Shown piece by piece: positions 39,981 to 52,348 of a stretch of 64,000 nucleotides of DNA. The stretch is from Octopus sinensis (lineage: Eukaryota), in assembly GCF_006345805.1 (NCBI RefSeq), contig NC_043003.1:2604001-2668000 (forward strand), read 5' to 3'. The position numbers were made by a program, and so were the translations under genes. The notes beneath the pieces were generated by a model. The model did not search any database. It saw only the letters and a list, made by a program, of their open reading frames with translations, and was not told where the DNA came from. Within the stretch, counting starts at the first letter, position 1. Every line of letters begins with the position of its first letter.

Positions 39981-40520
39981 TATATAGAGAGAGTTCACAG
40001 CTGCAACCTACACCAGTGTCGCATAACCAGCCCCAGCCCACTCAAAAGTACCTTGGATCGTAGGGCGACAGACCATGCTTGCGGAGACCTATTGAGTCAA
40101 GTACATCAAAATCAGTTTCTGTCCATCGAATCCATTCACAACATGTTGGTTGGCCCAGGGCTATAGTAGAAGAGGATTGCCCAAGGTGTAATGCAGTGGA
40201 ATTGAACCCAAGACCACATAGTTGGGAAGTGAGCTTGCATGGCATGCATTTATGTGCACTAAAAGACTACATCTAAGGAGTCTGAGCATAAATTCAACCG
40301 TGAAACTGAAGAGACAGTCATGGAAGAATGGAAGAATCAAAAGAGAAATATATTCTAAGATTAGGTTGAATATGGCAGACGAAAGAGAATATTGTGAAGA
40401 TTGCAAAACACAAAATGTCATAATACGTAAGAGGGGAAAATGGAGTCTAACCCCAAACCAACTCTGATTGAAACTATGATCAATGAGATTCCAATTGTGG
40501 CCACCTCCTCTTTTTTAAGA

Positions 40521-40891
40521 TTATTACTTCTGCCTTAACAAAGGTGACGGTATTGTTTTCAGTCGTGTTTCTTTGTTTGTTTGTGGAGACAAGATATCTC
40601 AAGAACCGTTCGATGGATACAGATGAAACTTTCAGGGATGTTTAGCCTCGTGACTGGCACAAACTGATTGGATTCTGGGATCGATCCGGTACCAGACAAG
40701 GATTCTGGATTATGTTTCCTGTATTTTTACTTAATTTTTGAGAGTGGTCGGATTCAATTTTAGTATTCTCATTTGTCAAAGCATTCGAGTTTATTTCAGA
40801 TATTCTCATTTTAAAAATCATCTCTGGCCAATCGTTGAGAGAACGTCAGTGTTGCCTTGGCAGAGGTTTGTACTCTCTGAATGCTCTTGTT
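40521..40891 (+). mobile_element. Helentron-associated non-autonomous element (HINE/DINE-1-like)
   Basis: Starts TTATTACTTCTGCC and ends CCTTGGCAGAGGTTTGTACTCTCTGAATGCTCTTGTT. These are subterminal inverted repeats plus a 3' hairpin, typical of HINEs. Confidence 0.7.
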
Positions 40892-42059
40892 TAAGACTTA
40901 GGATAGTTACTGACAACCTACTGTTTCAGGTACTTTCTGAATGGCATACCTACTAAAAAAAATTACCTTGAAATTTTTAGTAGTGAGGCCCATCTAATTA
41001 TGAGCTAATTAGCCTAATTCTCATAAACAGCTGCCCACAACTGATTTAGGAGTTTGTTATCTAATGTGGTCTTTCCCATTAAGAGGTAAGATTTGAAAGG
41101 TGTTGCTATTTCTAGTGGGTTGAGAAACAACAGAGAGGCACCCTCGTTGCTGCAGAGTCATAACGCGGGGCCACAACGTTGTCGGAGTTGATGGTAACAA
41201 GAAATTTTGAAAATTGTGTAAAATATTGTAATCACTGAAGTGGCAGAAAGCAAACAGGATGTAGGTCTTTGGCAAGTTTGAGTTTGGCTGCTGCGAATCT
41301 TTGAAGATTAGTAACTATTTTAGCTTTAAGACTAAGTGAGGCCTGGGGATTATGGAATCTGAAGTTACCAAAGATATTGAGAAAGAGAGAGATAGAGAGA
41401 GGGATATTGACCAACTTTTCTTCATCTCTTGAAGATATGACTCATTTAAAGGTAACAGATGGGAAACAAGAGAAGATAAGTTTTAAATAGGAATATTTTT
41501 AATCATCTTAAATCAAAGATAGCAGATTAGCAGGCTGAGTGGATACAGAATGGGTTTAAGATTTCAATAGAAAGCATAGCTAGAGTTATGAAGATAACTG
41601 GAGGTTTTTTTTTTTATATAGAAATTACAGACTGTGAGCTGGTAGAATTGTTAGCATGTCATATGGAAATGGCTCAGCATCATTTCTTTCAGGTTCAAAT
41701 CCCACTATGGTCAATTTTTGCCTTTTATCCCTTCAGGATCAACGAAGTACCAGTCAAGTACTGGAGTCCATGTAATAGACCTGTCCCTTCCTACCAAAAT
41801 TGCTAACCTTGAACCTTGTAAGGGATCGGTGTCAGTTCAGTAGAATGGTGTGATCTCAATCACTTGTAGACATCATGGAAACCAAACTAGGCTCAAGAAG
41901 AAATAAATGTAGGAATTAATAGTGTGTGTGTCCGTGCATGTGTGTGTGATTATGTGGGCTGGAGGAAAATCATGTAGGCTGGAGGAAAATCATGAATGAA
42001 GATGATTTCATGGGTTGAGTTGAAGTACAAATGAAATTTGTTGATGTCAATGTTCCTTT

Positions 42060-42604
42060 GGAGATATGCTGTGCTTGAGAAGACCTGGCAAGCCAAGTGA
42101 GACCGTAACCGTGGCCTATGCCAGTGTAGTGTAATCAGCCCATTTAAGAGTACCCTTCAATTGCTGGGCAATGAACTGTGCTTGCAAGTGAAGTCGTTGT
42201 CGTGGCCGATGACAGTACCACCTGATTTGCACATAAAAAGCACCATTCGAGTGTGGTCGATGCCAGTGCCGCCTGACCAGTCCCATGCCGGTGGCACATA
42301 AAAAGTACCATTCGAGCGTGATCATTGCCAGTGCCGGTGACATGTAAAAAGCAGCATTTGAGCATGGCCGATGCCAGTGCTGGTTGATTTGTCCCGTGCA
42401 TAAAAAGCACCATTTGAGGGTGGCCATTGCCAGTGCCAGCTGACTGGCTCCCATGAGTGGTTGGCATTAGGAAGGGCATCCAGCTGTAGAAACATTGCCA
42501 GATCAGATTGGGGCCTGGTGCAACCTCCTGGCTTGCCAGCCCTCAGTCAAACCGTCCAACCCATGCCAGCATGGAAAGCTGACGCTAAACGATGATGATG
42601 ATGA
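42060..42604 (+). mobile_element. Family C SINE-like element with four GCAC(A/G)TAAAAAGCACC modules and (GAT)n tail
   Basis: Module cores at about 42228, 42291, 42336 and 42395, followed by GGTTGGCATTAGGAAGGGCATCCAGC and a GATGATGAT tail. Confidence 0.85.
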
Positions 42605-43123
42605 TTGAAAGAAGTGTTTTTACAGCTGTTTATCTTTCCTCATTTGTCAACTCTGGCGTATTTGGGTCTTCCCTTTTCTTTTTTTCTTTCAACAGTCAGA
42701 CAGACTGACAGAGTAAAATGTGGCATCTATACTCCTTTATCACTGATCCAGGATAATACAGTACGATTAAGAACTGTCTTACGCTTATCACAGACTAATC
42801 TCTGATAACACGAGTGGGTGATCAGTGAAAGATTATGCTTGGACCACAAAAGCACACCCAAGCAACCATCCACAATGCTCAATTAACCAGGTTCCACTGA
42901 TTATCACTCATGTTTACATCACTGTACTGCATGTCTGTGTATCTTTTAGATGGATTTATATACACACATCCATCAACTTCCCACCGGTGAAGAGAAAAAA
43001 TACTTCCCACTTTTATACTTTCATTATTAATTGATCGTTTGTTATCAAATTTTACTTGAAATATTATTCCAAACACGAAACAGTATCATTATGGAATACA
43101 GTTCTATATTTAAGAGATGAGGA

Positions 43124-43242
43124 ATTATTTACATTTGACAGATATTTGTCCTCATCTTGTTTGTTGTTAACACAGCATATGGCGTAGTGGTTAAGAACAC
43201 CAGCTACTAACCCCAACATTCTGAGTTTGATTCCAAGCATTG

Positions 43243-43277
<35 letters not shown>

Positions 43278-43415
43278 TCGTAAGATACTTTAGGAATGAG
43301 AATCCAGGTTCGAAATTCCCCCAAGACACCTGATGAAGGGTGGAGGGTATATCAGCCGAAACATTGTGTTAACAACAAACAAGATGAGGACAAATATCCA
43401 TCAAATGTAAATAAT
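43124..43415 (+). mobile_element. Fold-back element: tRNA-like Pol III head + (AAT)n + hammerhead-like motif, bounded by ~50-bp inverted arms
   Basis: A box TGGCGTAGTGG (43180-43190), B-box-like GTTTGATTCC (43225-43234), GACAC-CTGATGA-A-GGGTG..CAGCC-GAAA-CAT-T-GTGTT (43325-43370). Arms are 43124-43174 / 43365-43415. Confidence 0.7.
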
Positions 43416-45001
43416 GAGTATCATTATGTGTTTAAAATCTGTTTGGTGCTACTTGGGTGAGTTACAGGGACAACTTGAGGGGTCTCAGAATAAAACCCTA
43501 TTTCTCCCTTATATTCTATTACTCATTTAATGTAATGATTCTCAACCAAGGTCCACATGGCCCTTGGTGGGTTCATGTAAGATTATGTTGTTCAAGTTTA
43601 TGTGCAATAAATTGCTTTTACCTCAACAATGCACAAAATATTTTAACAAATTTTTAATAAAATTCCTAAAAATATTTAATTATAAAAGTATAATGGGATT
43701 TTTTAAAAACATCAAGCAGCTATGGGGGTCCAGTAGAGTAAAATAAAAATTAAAGGGGTCCATAGGAAAAAAAGGGTTGAGCACTATTGCCCTAGGTATA
43801 ATAGTAATGTTCCTCTATCATTTAACCCTTTTAATACCAACCCGGCTGAAACCGGTTCTGGCTCTGTATTATAAATGTCTTGTTTTCATAAGTTTTGAAT
43901 TAAAATCTTCCACCAAACCTTAGTCACAATTTATGTTCCTAACACTAGCTTAATGATAACTAAGTTATTTTACTAAATTCTTTGTTATATCTAAGATTAA
44001 TTAAATGAAACACAGAGCACCTTAACAAAAATTACCATCATCGTTTAATGTCCACATTCCATGCAGGCATGGGTTGGACGGATTGACTGAGGGCTGGCAA
44101 GCCAGCGGCTGCACTAGGCTCGAATCTGATCAGGCAATGTTTCTACAGCTGGATGCCCTTCCTCATATCGACTACGGAGAATGTAGTGGGTGCCTTTTAC
44201 GTGCCGCTGGCACAGGAGCCAGTCAGGGGGCACTGGCATCGACCACATTCAGGTGGTGCTTTTTATGTGCCACCAGCTTGGGAGCCAGTCAGGGGGCACT
44301 GGCATCGACCATGTTCAAATGATGCACTTTACGTGTGCCACCAGCATGAAGGCCAGTCAGGTGGCACTGGCCACGGCTATGATTTCGATTTTACTTGACT
44401 CAACAGGTCTTCTCAAGCAAGCTTTTCTCTTTAATCGCTACACTATTTTCTAACGCTTCTCAACACAATAAGCAAACAAACTGCCATGAAACCTATTCAC
44501 AGTGAACAATCACAACGCTTACGATTAGCTTCAATGAACAATATTTATCAAAATATCTTTAGAAATTAAAATAAGAATGGTTTCTGAACTAATTTTGAGA
44601 TTGCCAAGTTTACCTAATCTTTTAACAAGAAATAGCTCTCCAAACAGGGTTACACACTATCTATGCCTCCTCCTCCTCCTCTTACAAATCATCCTAGTAT
44701 CTCCTACATGTCCCAACTCTCCCATGATTTCTAGGCATCATCCTTCTGATACAAATATCACAACTACAGCCTCTCAAAGCGAACCACACACAGCTGTATA
44801 CTTATTCTAAACCACCCCCAAAACACCATCATCATCATCATCGTTCTAATGTCCACTTTTTCATGCTTGCATGCGGCTGACAGAATTCATTGAGGTTCAG
44901 TTCCACTGCATGACACCTTGGGCATCTTCTGCTATAGCCTTGGGTCAACCAAAGCCTTGTGAGTGGATTTGGTAGATGGAAACTGAAAGAAGCCTGTCCT
45001 A

Positions 45002-45040
<39 letters not shown>

Positions 45041-46732
45041 GTATGTATATGTATGTATGTATGCATGTGTGTGTATATGTATGTATGTATGTATGTGTGT
45101 GTATGTATGTATGTATGTATGTGTGTGTGTGTGTATGTATATGTGTGTGTATGTATGTATGTGTGTGTGTATGTATGTATGTGTGCTACTGCCTCCTCAT
45201 AAGGAACATTACCTGGCTTAGAAAGAGGCAAGGTTTGGCAACAGGAAGTGCATCTGGACATAGAAAATCTGCCTCAAAGACTTCCATTTGACGCATGAAA
45301 CCATGGCAAACTGCACATATGATGATGATGATGATGATTGTATATACTTACATAAACACATATGAACTAGAATCCTGCCCCACACATAAAATATGAATCT
45401 TATCAAAGAAATCCCTCTTATCAACAAAATCATAAATCACACACTTCATCATATTGTATTCGATAATAATGCCTTCTATTTATCCACCACACACAAAGAA
45501 GTAAATGTTATGATAAACAAGATATCACCAAATTGAAAGGGTAAACGAAATGAAAAGAAAATGAAACACTTTCTAAACAGGAGCTGAAGATTGGTCGAAA
45601 ATAAATACAAGGAATTATAATTTAAATCAGTCAGAAACTATGCCAGTCCTACCTGAGCTTACCAACTATGCTGTCTATATGTCAGTGCTGCCTGACTGAC
45701 TCCCTGTGCCAGTGGCACATAAAAATCACCATTTGAATGTGGTCGATGCCAGTGCCACCTGACTGGCTCCTGTGCCAGTGGCACGTAAAAAGCACCCACT
45801 ACACTTTCGGAGTGATCAATGTTAGGAAGGGCATCCAACTGTAGAAACATTGCCAGATCAGATTAGAGCCTGGTGGAGCCTACTGGCTTGCCAGTCCTCT
45901 GTCAAACTATCCAACCCATGCCAGCATGGAAAGCAGACATGTGACAATGAGGATGATGATGATAAAACCATTATCCTCATCACCATTTAACGTCCGTCGT
46001 CCATGCTAGCATGGGTTGGACAGTGTGACCAGAGCTGGCAAGCCAGGGGGCTGCACCAGAATCCAGTCTGAATTGGCCTGGTTTCTATGGCTGGATGCCC
46101 TTCCTAATGCCAACCGCTTCACAGAGTGTGCTGGGTGCTTTCTATGTGGCACCAGCACAGGTGCCTTTCATGTGGCATCACACAGGTGCTTTGTGCTTCT
46201 TTTGTGACATCAGCACAGGTGCTGTTTATGTGGCACTAGCGGGGTGACCAAGCAGCTTGGAACTGAGGGAAGTGACTGTGAGCCAGGTGAGAGATTAGAG
46301 TATAGCAGAAGGGCAGAGATAGTTGTTTTGCTTTAGAGGGGTTACCTGGAGAGGAAGGGGAGAGAGAGTTAAAGAAAGATAGAGAGACACTCAGTGTGAG
46401 AGAGAAAAAAAAAATAGAAGGCATTGGAAATGTACTGAGGTAGGGGGGGCATAAGAGGGTGGGGGGAGGTGTTTAAAGATGAGAAAGACGTTTTTTAATT
46501 CTTTTACTTGTTTCAGTCATTTGACTGCGGCCATGCTGGAGCATTGCCTTTAGTTGAACAAATCCACCCCAGGACTTATTCTCTGTAAGCCCAGTACTTA
46601 TTTTATCGGTCTTCTTTGACGAACCGCTAAGTTACAGAGATGTAAACACACCAACATTGGTGTCAAGCGATAGCGGGGAGAGACAAACAGACCCACAAAT
46701 ACATACACACACACACACATACATAGATATGC

Positions 46733-46763
<31 letters not shown>

Positions 46764-47219
46764 CGACAGGCTTCTTTCAGTTTCTATATTCCAAATCCAC
46801 TCATAAGACTTTGGTCAGCCCGAGGCTATAGTAGAAGATACTTGTCCAAAGTGCAACATAGTAGGACTGAACCTGGAACCATGTGGTTGGGAAGCAAGCT
46901 TCTTACCACACAGCAATGCCTACTTATTTTTTTTAGTTCTATTTTTTTTGTTTGTATCACCAAATCTAGTCATTTTTTTTAGCTATAAAACCAAAGTGCA
47001 TAAGCCATTCTTCCTGAAATCTATCCGCAATAAACGTGTCATTCGGGTGCCAACAGGAGGCTGGCTGCAAGTAGGTAAAAGACTCCTAAATATGATATTA
47101 GTAATACAACAAAAGTGGAATGTAGCAAAGAATGGAATCTCTCTCCCTCTCTTCACAACCACCTTCTGTTAGATATGTCAGCAGATGTCTTTGATAACTC
47201 ATCACAATTCTCAAGTTTA

Positions 47220-47272
<53 letters not shown>

Positions 47273-48449
47273 TATCATCCAGTTTTAGATTACACAACCA
47301 CTGTTCTTCTGTCTTCACAGTCAGAGAGATTCACCTGTGCGTACGGCATCCTTGAGTTTATTTACTCTCCAAACAATTAACCAACTTTTGCTTGTTTCAG
47401 CTGGGGGCCATGCTGGGGCACTGCTCTGAAGGGTTTAGCCGAACAAATTGATATCAGTAATTATTTCCGCTTTTTAAGCCTGGTGCGTGTTCTATTGGTT
47501 TATCTAGCCGGCCTGTTGTTACATGGATGTAAACAAACCAACACTGGTTTTCAAGCAGTGGTTGGGGACAAACACTCACACATACATAGAAATATACAAA
47601 TGAAGGTAGAGGGGAGAGAGGAGAGAAAGAGAGACATTACACATACATACAAATATAACAAGACGCTTACAGAGAGAGAGAGAGAGGGGAGTAGAGAGAG
47701 ATAAATAATGAAATGAGAAAAATGTTACATTTGATGTGAAGTTGGTGTTGAATCAGCAGCACCAAAATGGTCAAAAGGTCTCCTGTCCTCCAATGTAAAT
47801 AGGATTTTCAATTTGAATACAAACACACCAAGAGGAAACAGTTCATCTTCATCATCATCATTTAGCATCCGCTTTCCATGCTAGCATGGGTTGGACGGTT
47901 CGACCGGGGATCTGGGAAGCCAGAAGGCTGCACCAGGCTCCAGTCTGATCTGGCAGTGTTTCTACAGCTGGATGCCCTTCCTAACGCCAACCACTCCGTG
48001 AGTGTAGTGGGTGCTTTTTACGTGCCACCCGCACAGGTGCCCGACGGAGCTGGCAAACAGCCACGAACGGATGGTGCTTTTACGTGCCACCGGCACGGGG
48101 GCCAGGCGGGGCTGGCAACGGACACGAACAGATGATGCTGTTACGTGCCATATCAGGGATGTTCTTGGAAAGTTGGCGTTGAAACCATTATTAATGCTCT
48201 CTGCAATTAAAAACTGGCATCCAGTTGATTCCACAGACATACGCACCCTTAACATAGTTCTCTGGAAGATTCAGCATGACACGGAATGTGACACAAAGCA
48301 GGCCTCCCTTTCAATTACTGGTACTACTCATTTTGGCCAGCTGAGTGGACTGGAGCAATAAAGTGAAATGAAGTGTCTTGCCCAAGGACACAATGCACCA
48401 CCAGGAATTGAACTCGTGACCATACAATCGTGAGTTGAATACCCTAACC

Positions 48450-48628
48450 CAGGGGTTTCCAAAGTGGTCGATATCGACCCCTGGGAGTCAATGGGATTAT
48501 TCAAAGAGTCGATAAATGCCTGGAAACTGCACACCTACTTATTTATTTTCTTGTACATGCCTGGGGGTTGACGAGGGGTCAGAGACTCCATGAAGAAGTC
48601 GATGGTTTAAAAAGTTTGGGGACCCCTG
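48450..48628. mobile_element. hAT-like MITE inserted in a SINE
   Basis: TIRs CAGGGGTTTCCAAA / TTTGGGGACCCCTG and an 8-bp TSD CCCTAACC / TCCTAACC. It splits a family D SINE head. Confidence 0.85.
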
Positions 48629-50908
48629 TCCTAACCACTAAGCCACACTCCTTTACTTTTCTGCAATAATGTTAATCCTAACTTGTGAAGGCATGTGGCT
48701 CAGTGGTTAGGGTGTTCAGCTCACAATTGTAAGGTTGTGAGTTCAATTCCTGGTGGGGTGCTGTGTCCTTGAGCAAGACACTTTACTTCATGTTGCTACA
48801 ATCCACTCAGCTGGCAAAAATGAGTAGTACCTGTATTTCTAAGGGGTCAGACTTGTCACACTCTGTGTCACGCTGAATCTCCCTGAGAACTACGTTAAGG
48901 GTCCACGTGTGTGTTATTTGAGTACTCAGCCACTTGCACCCTAATTTCACAAGCAAGGTGTTCCATTGATCGTATCAACTGAGACCCTCATTGTCGTAAC
49001 TGACGGAATGCTCCTTTTAATACCACCTTAGCTCTTAACAATGCAGAGGGCAACTCTTCTTTCAAAGAAACCATCTATAACCAAACCCAGAGATGCAGTA
49101 ATTCTAAACGAACAATTCACTGACATGGTTTCTCCCCCAATGGCATTCTTTAACAGATCTGTCCCCTTTATTCCATAAATCTCTCATCTGGCACAAACCA
49201 CATCCCATCAACAGTACTCCCCCACCACTCCTAGTTGTGAAGTTTTTGTTTTTGCAAGGTACTTGATGGAACTGTCAGTGCTGGTGCCACATAAAAACAC
49301 CCAGTACACTCTGGAAGGGTATCCAGCCAGATAAACCATGCAAAGAGACAATGGAGCAGCCTTCTGTGGATCCTGGCTTTGCTAGCTCCTGTTAAACTGT
49401 CCAACCCATGCCAGCATGGACAACGGATGCTAAATGATGATTTCAGTAGTTACAAGTTTCAGCTGTTTACATTTGCAACCATTAAATATTCTTTATAAAT
49501 CTAGATTGGTTAGAAAAGAAGTTATTTTCTTTTTTACTTTACCACAATTAACTCTTTAACTGTGAAATGAAATTTCATGGTTATTCCAGTAATGATGTTA
49601 AATATTTACCAAAAATAGAAATGGCATCTTCTGCAAGTCACGCTGCCTCAGCAAACTTAAAATATTTCAATAGAAAATAGTTCCAAACACGACATTCTTC
49701 AACAAATAGATTCCTATCTAAAAACTGCTTTCTGCAGTTAAGGGCGATTAAATGTTTGAGTGGATATATCTGATTTCTCCAGTAAAGGGACTCGTAGAAA
49801 GTTTGGAGATTGGTTCCTAGAATATGGTAGCAGGAACTTAAAAGACAGCTTTTGAAATGAACAAGTGCTAATAATAATTCTTTCTAATCTTGAAAGGAGT
49901 GGAGGAGGGGGCACTGATTACATCAACCCCTGTATTTGACTGGTACTTTATTTTATTGACCTTCAAAGGATGAAAAGCAAAGTTGACCTCAGTGGAATTT
50001 GAACTCAGAATATGAAAAGTCAGAAGAAATACTAAAAAAAACATTCTTTCTGCTGTTCTAAGCAATTCCAGCAGACCACTGCCTTCAAGCACTAATAATA
50101 ATAATTATTATTATTATTAAATAAATAAATATTAATCTACTTTCAAGATTTTAACTTTATTTTCTTTGACTCTAACAATTATGAGATACCTTATGAAATC
50201 TGAGTCCCAGTGTGCCAAACCAGGGAGTAGAATCAGAAGTCAATATGAAAGTGAAGGGGCCTAGCCTAGGGGTTAGAGTGTTGCACTCACAATTGCAAAA
50301 TCCGGATTTTGATTCCTGGACCAGGTGCTGCTTTGTGTTCTTGAACAAAGCACTTCATTCACATTGCTTCAGTCCACACGGCTGTAAAGGAGGAACCATG
50401 CAAGGGACTGGTGCCCTGTTCGAGTGAGGGGGGGGGGGGTCTCAGCCCCTTATACATCATGGAAACTGAATAACCAGCCTGAAGAGTCCAAAAACCCGAG
50501 ACAGTAATGTTCAGAAATTAATGAGCATTGAAGGCTCTCCATCTAATCAAGTTCACTACTAAGTTTAATGATTTGAGCACTGAGCCCATACTCAGGACTT
50601 CCAGTTTTATATGGTAGCTTCTAAACTGACTGAGCAATGGAGAAGCAAAGCACATATTGAAACACTAATGGGGATCCTGTCCATTCTAAGCAATTTTAAA
50701 GATTTACCCCATCTTTAACAACAAATAATTTTCTAAATAGGATTCCTTACTATCTCTCTTTTCATAAACCTTCCTAATATCTACGTATATAATATCTCAA
50801 CTCCCACACACTGTCTTCATCATTTTATACTGATATCGCACATCCTATCATATCAAACCATACACAGCTGCATAGTCAGTCTAACCCCAAGTTTGTCTAT
50901 GTATATGT

Positions 50909-50975
<67 letters not shown>

Positions 50976-51119
50976 ACATACACAAACTACAACCTACCAC
51001 AACAAATATAGATTATCACTCTTCTCAAAGAAATTAGCACCTGATTAGTTGTTATTGTTTTCACTATTAACAAAACAATGGAAGAAACTGCAGACAATCA
51101 TGGCTGCAATAGGTGTGCA

Positions 51120-51518
51120 GTGGCCGATGCCTGCGCCGCCTTCACTGGCTTCTGTGTCGGTGGCACATAAAAACCACCAACCGATTGTGGCCGTTGCCAG
51201 CCTCCCCTGGCACCTGTAAAAAGCACCATCCGTACGTGGTCGATGCCAGCGCCGCCTTGACTGGCTTCCGTGCCGGTGGCACGTAAAAAGCACCAACCGA
51301 TCGTGGCCATCACCAGCCTCCCCTGGCACCTGTGCCAGTGGCACGTAAAAAGCACCCACTATACTCAGAGTGGTTAGCGTTAGGAAGGGCATCCAGCTGT
51401 AGAAACACTGCCAGATCAGACTGGAGCTTGGTGCAGCCTCCTGGCTTCCCGGGCCCCGGTCGAACCGTCCAACCCATGCTAGCACGGAAAACGGACGTTA
51501 AACGATGATGATGATGAT
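51120..51518 (+). mobile_element. Family C SINE-like element with four tandem modules
   Basis: Repeated GTGGCAC(G/A)TAAAAAGCACC cores (adjacent full units about 63 nt apart), the GGAAGGGCATCCAGCTGTAG core and a (GAT)n tail. Confidence 0.85.
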
Positions 51519-52013
51519 ACATATATATTCTTTTAAATGTTTGTCATTTGACTGCTGCCAGTCTCATTTGCTGAACCACTAAGTTATGAGGATGTAAACA
51601 CACCAGCATCAGTTGTCAAGCAATGGTGGGGGAACTCACACAGACACACAAATACATATATATATATAACAGGCTTCTTTCAGTTTCCATCTACCAAATC
51701 TACTCACAAGGCTCTGGTCATCCCGAGGCTATAGTAGAGGACAATTGTCCAAGGTACTATGCAGTAAGACTGAACCTGGAACCATGTGGTTGGGAACCAA
51801 GCTTACCACAGCCATTTCTGCATCTATTTATATATATATCATCGTCATCATATAGCATCCGCTTTCCATGCTGACATGATGGGTTAGACAGTTTGACTGG
51901 AAATGGTAAGCCAGAGAGCTGCACCAGGTTCCAGCCTGCTTTGGCATGGTTTCTACAGCCGGATGCTCTTCCTAACGCCATCCACTTTACAAAGTGGCGT
52001 GCATATGTATGTG

Positions 52014-52057
<44 letters not shown>

Positions 52058-52262
52058 ATATTTATTATAATTATGACTATAATTATAATTAGGGTTAGGC
52101 AAAAAATTTGCTTCACCACACACCGAACTTTAGAAATAGCAGCCAAAGAACCTAGCTATTTCTTCTACTGTAAGAAACAACTCCCATCCCAGACAGTATA
52201 TACTCAAAAACAATTCACGTAGGCAGAGAGGAAAAACAACGAAATTCACTCGGCATTTGATT

Positions 52263-52348
52263 AACTGTGGACACGTTTCGGAATTAGATAGATATGGAAA
52301 ATGCAAGAATCACATTTCCATTCTAATCATTTTCCTCTTCAGCTCAGT
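52263..52348 (-). ncRNA. Near-intact minimal type I hammerhead-ribozyme-like motif (ATG13 sense strand, intron 2)
   Basis: Minus strand: ACTGAG-CTGAAGA-GGAA[hairpin]TTCC-GAAA-C-GT-G-TC-CACAGT. GUC triplet; stem I has one A.A mismatch. Confidence 0.6.

Noticed and set aside
34310-40166. Three 1857-1950-aa His/Thr/Tyr-rich ORFs
   Set aside because: They are the translation of a 32-bp tandem unit lacking plus-strand stops. All three frames are open with the same cyclic peptide, and the region is antisense within an ATG13 intron.
41050-41420. Possible extra ATG13 exon in intron 2
   Set aside because: Candidate acceptors lead to stops or lack a usable donor, and there is no ATG13-like sequence.
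51120-51360. CRISPR-like repeat-spacer appearance of GTGGCACGTAAAAAGCACC modules
   Set aside because: The linkers are homologous to one another, the arrays are embedded in dispersed SINE-like copies, the context is eukaryotic and there are no cas genes.
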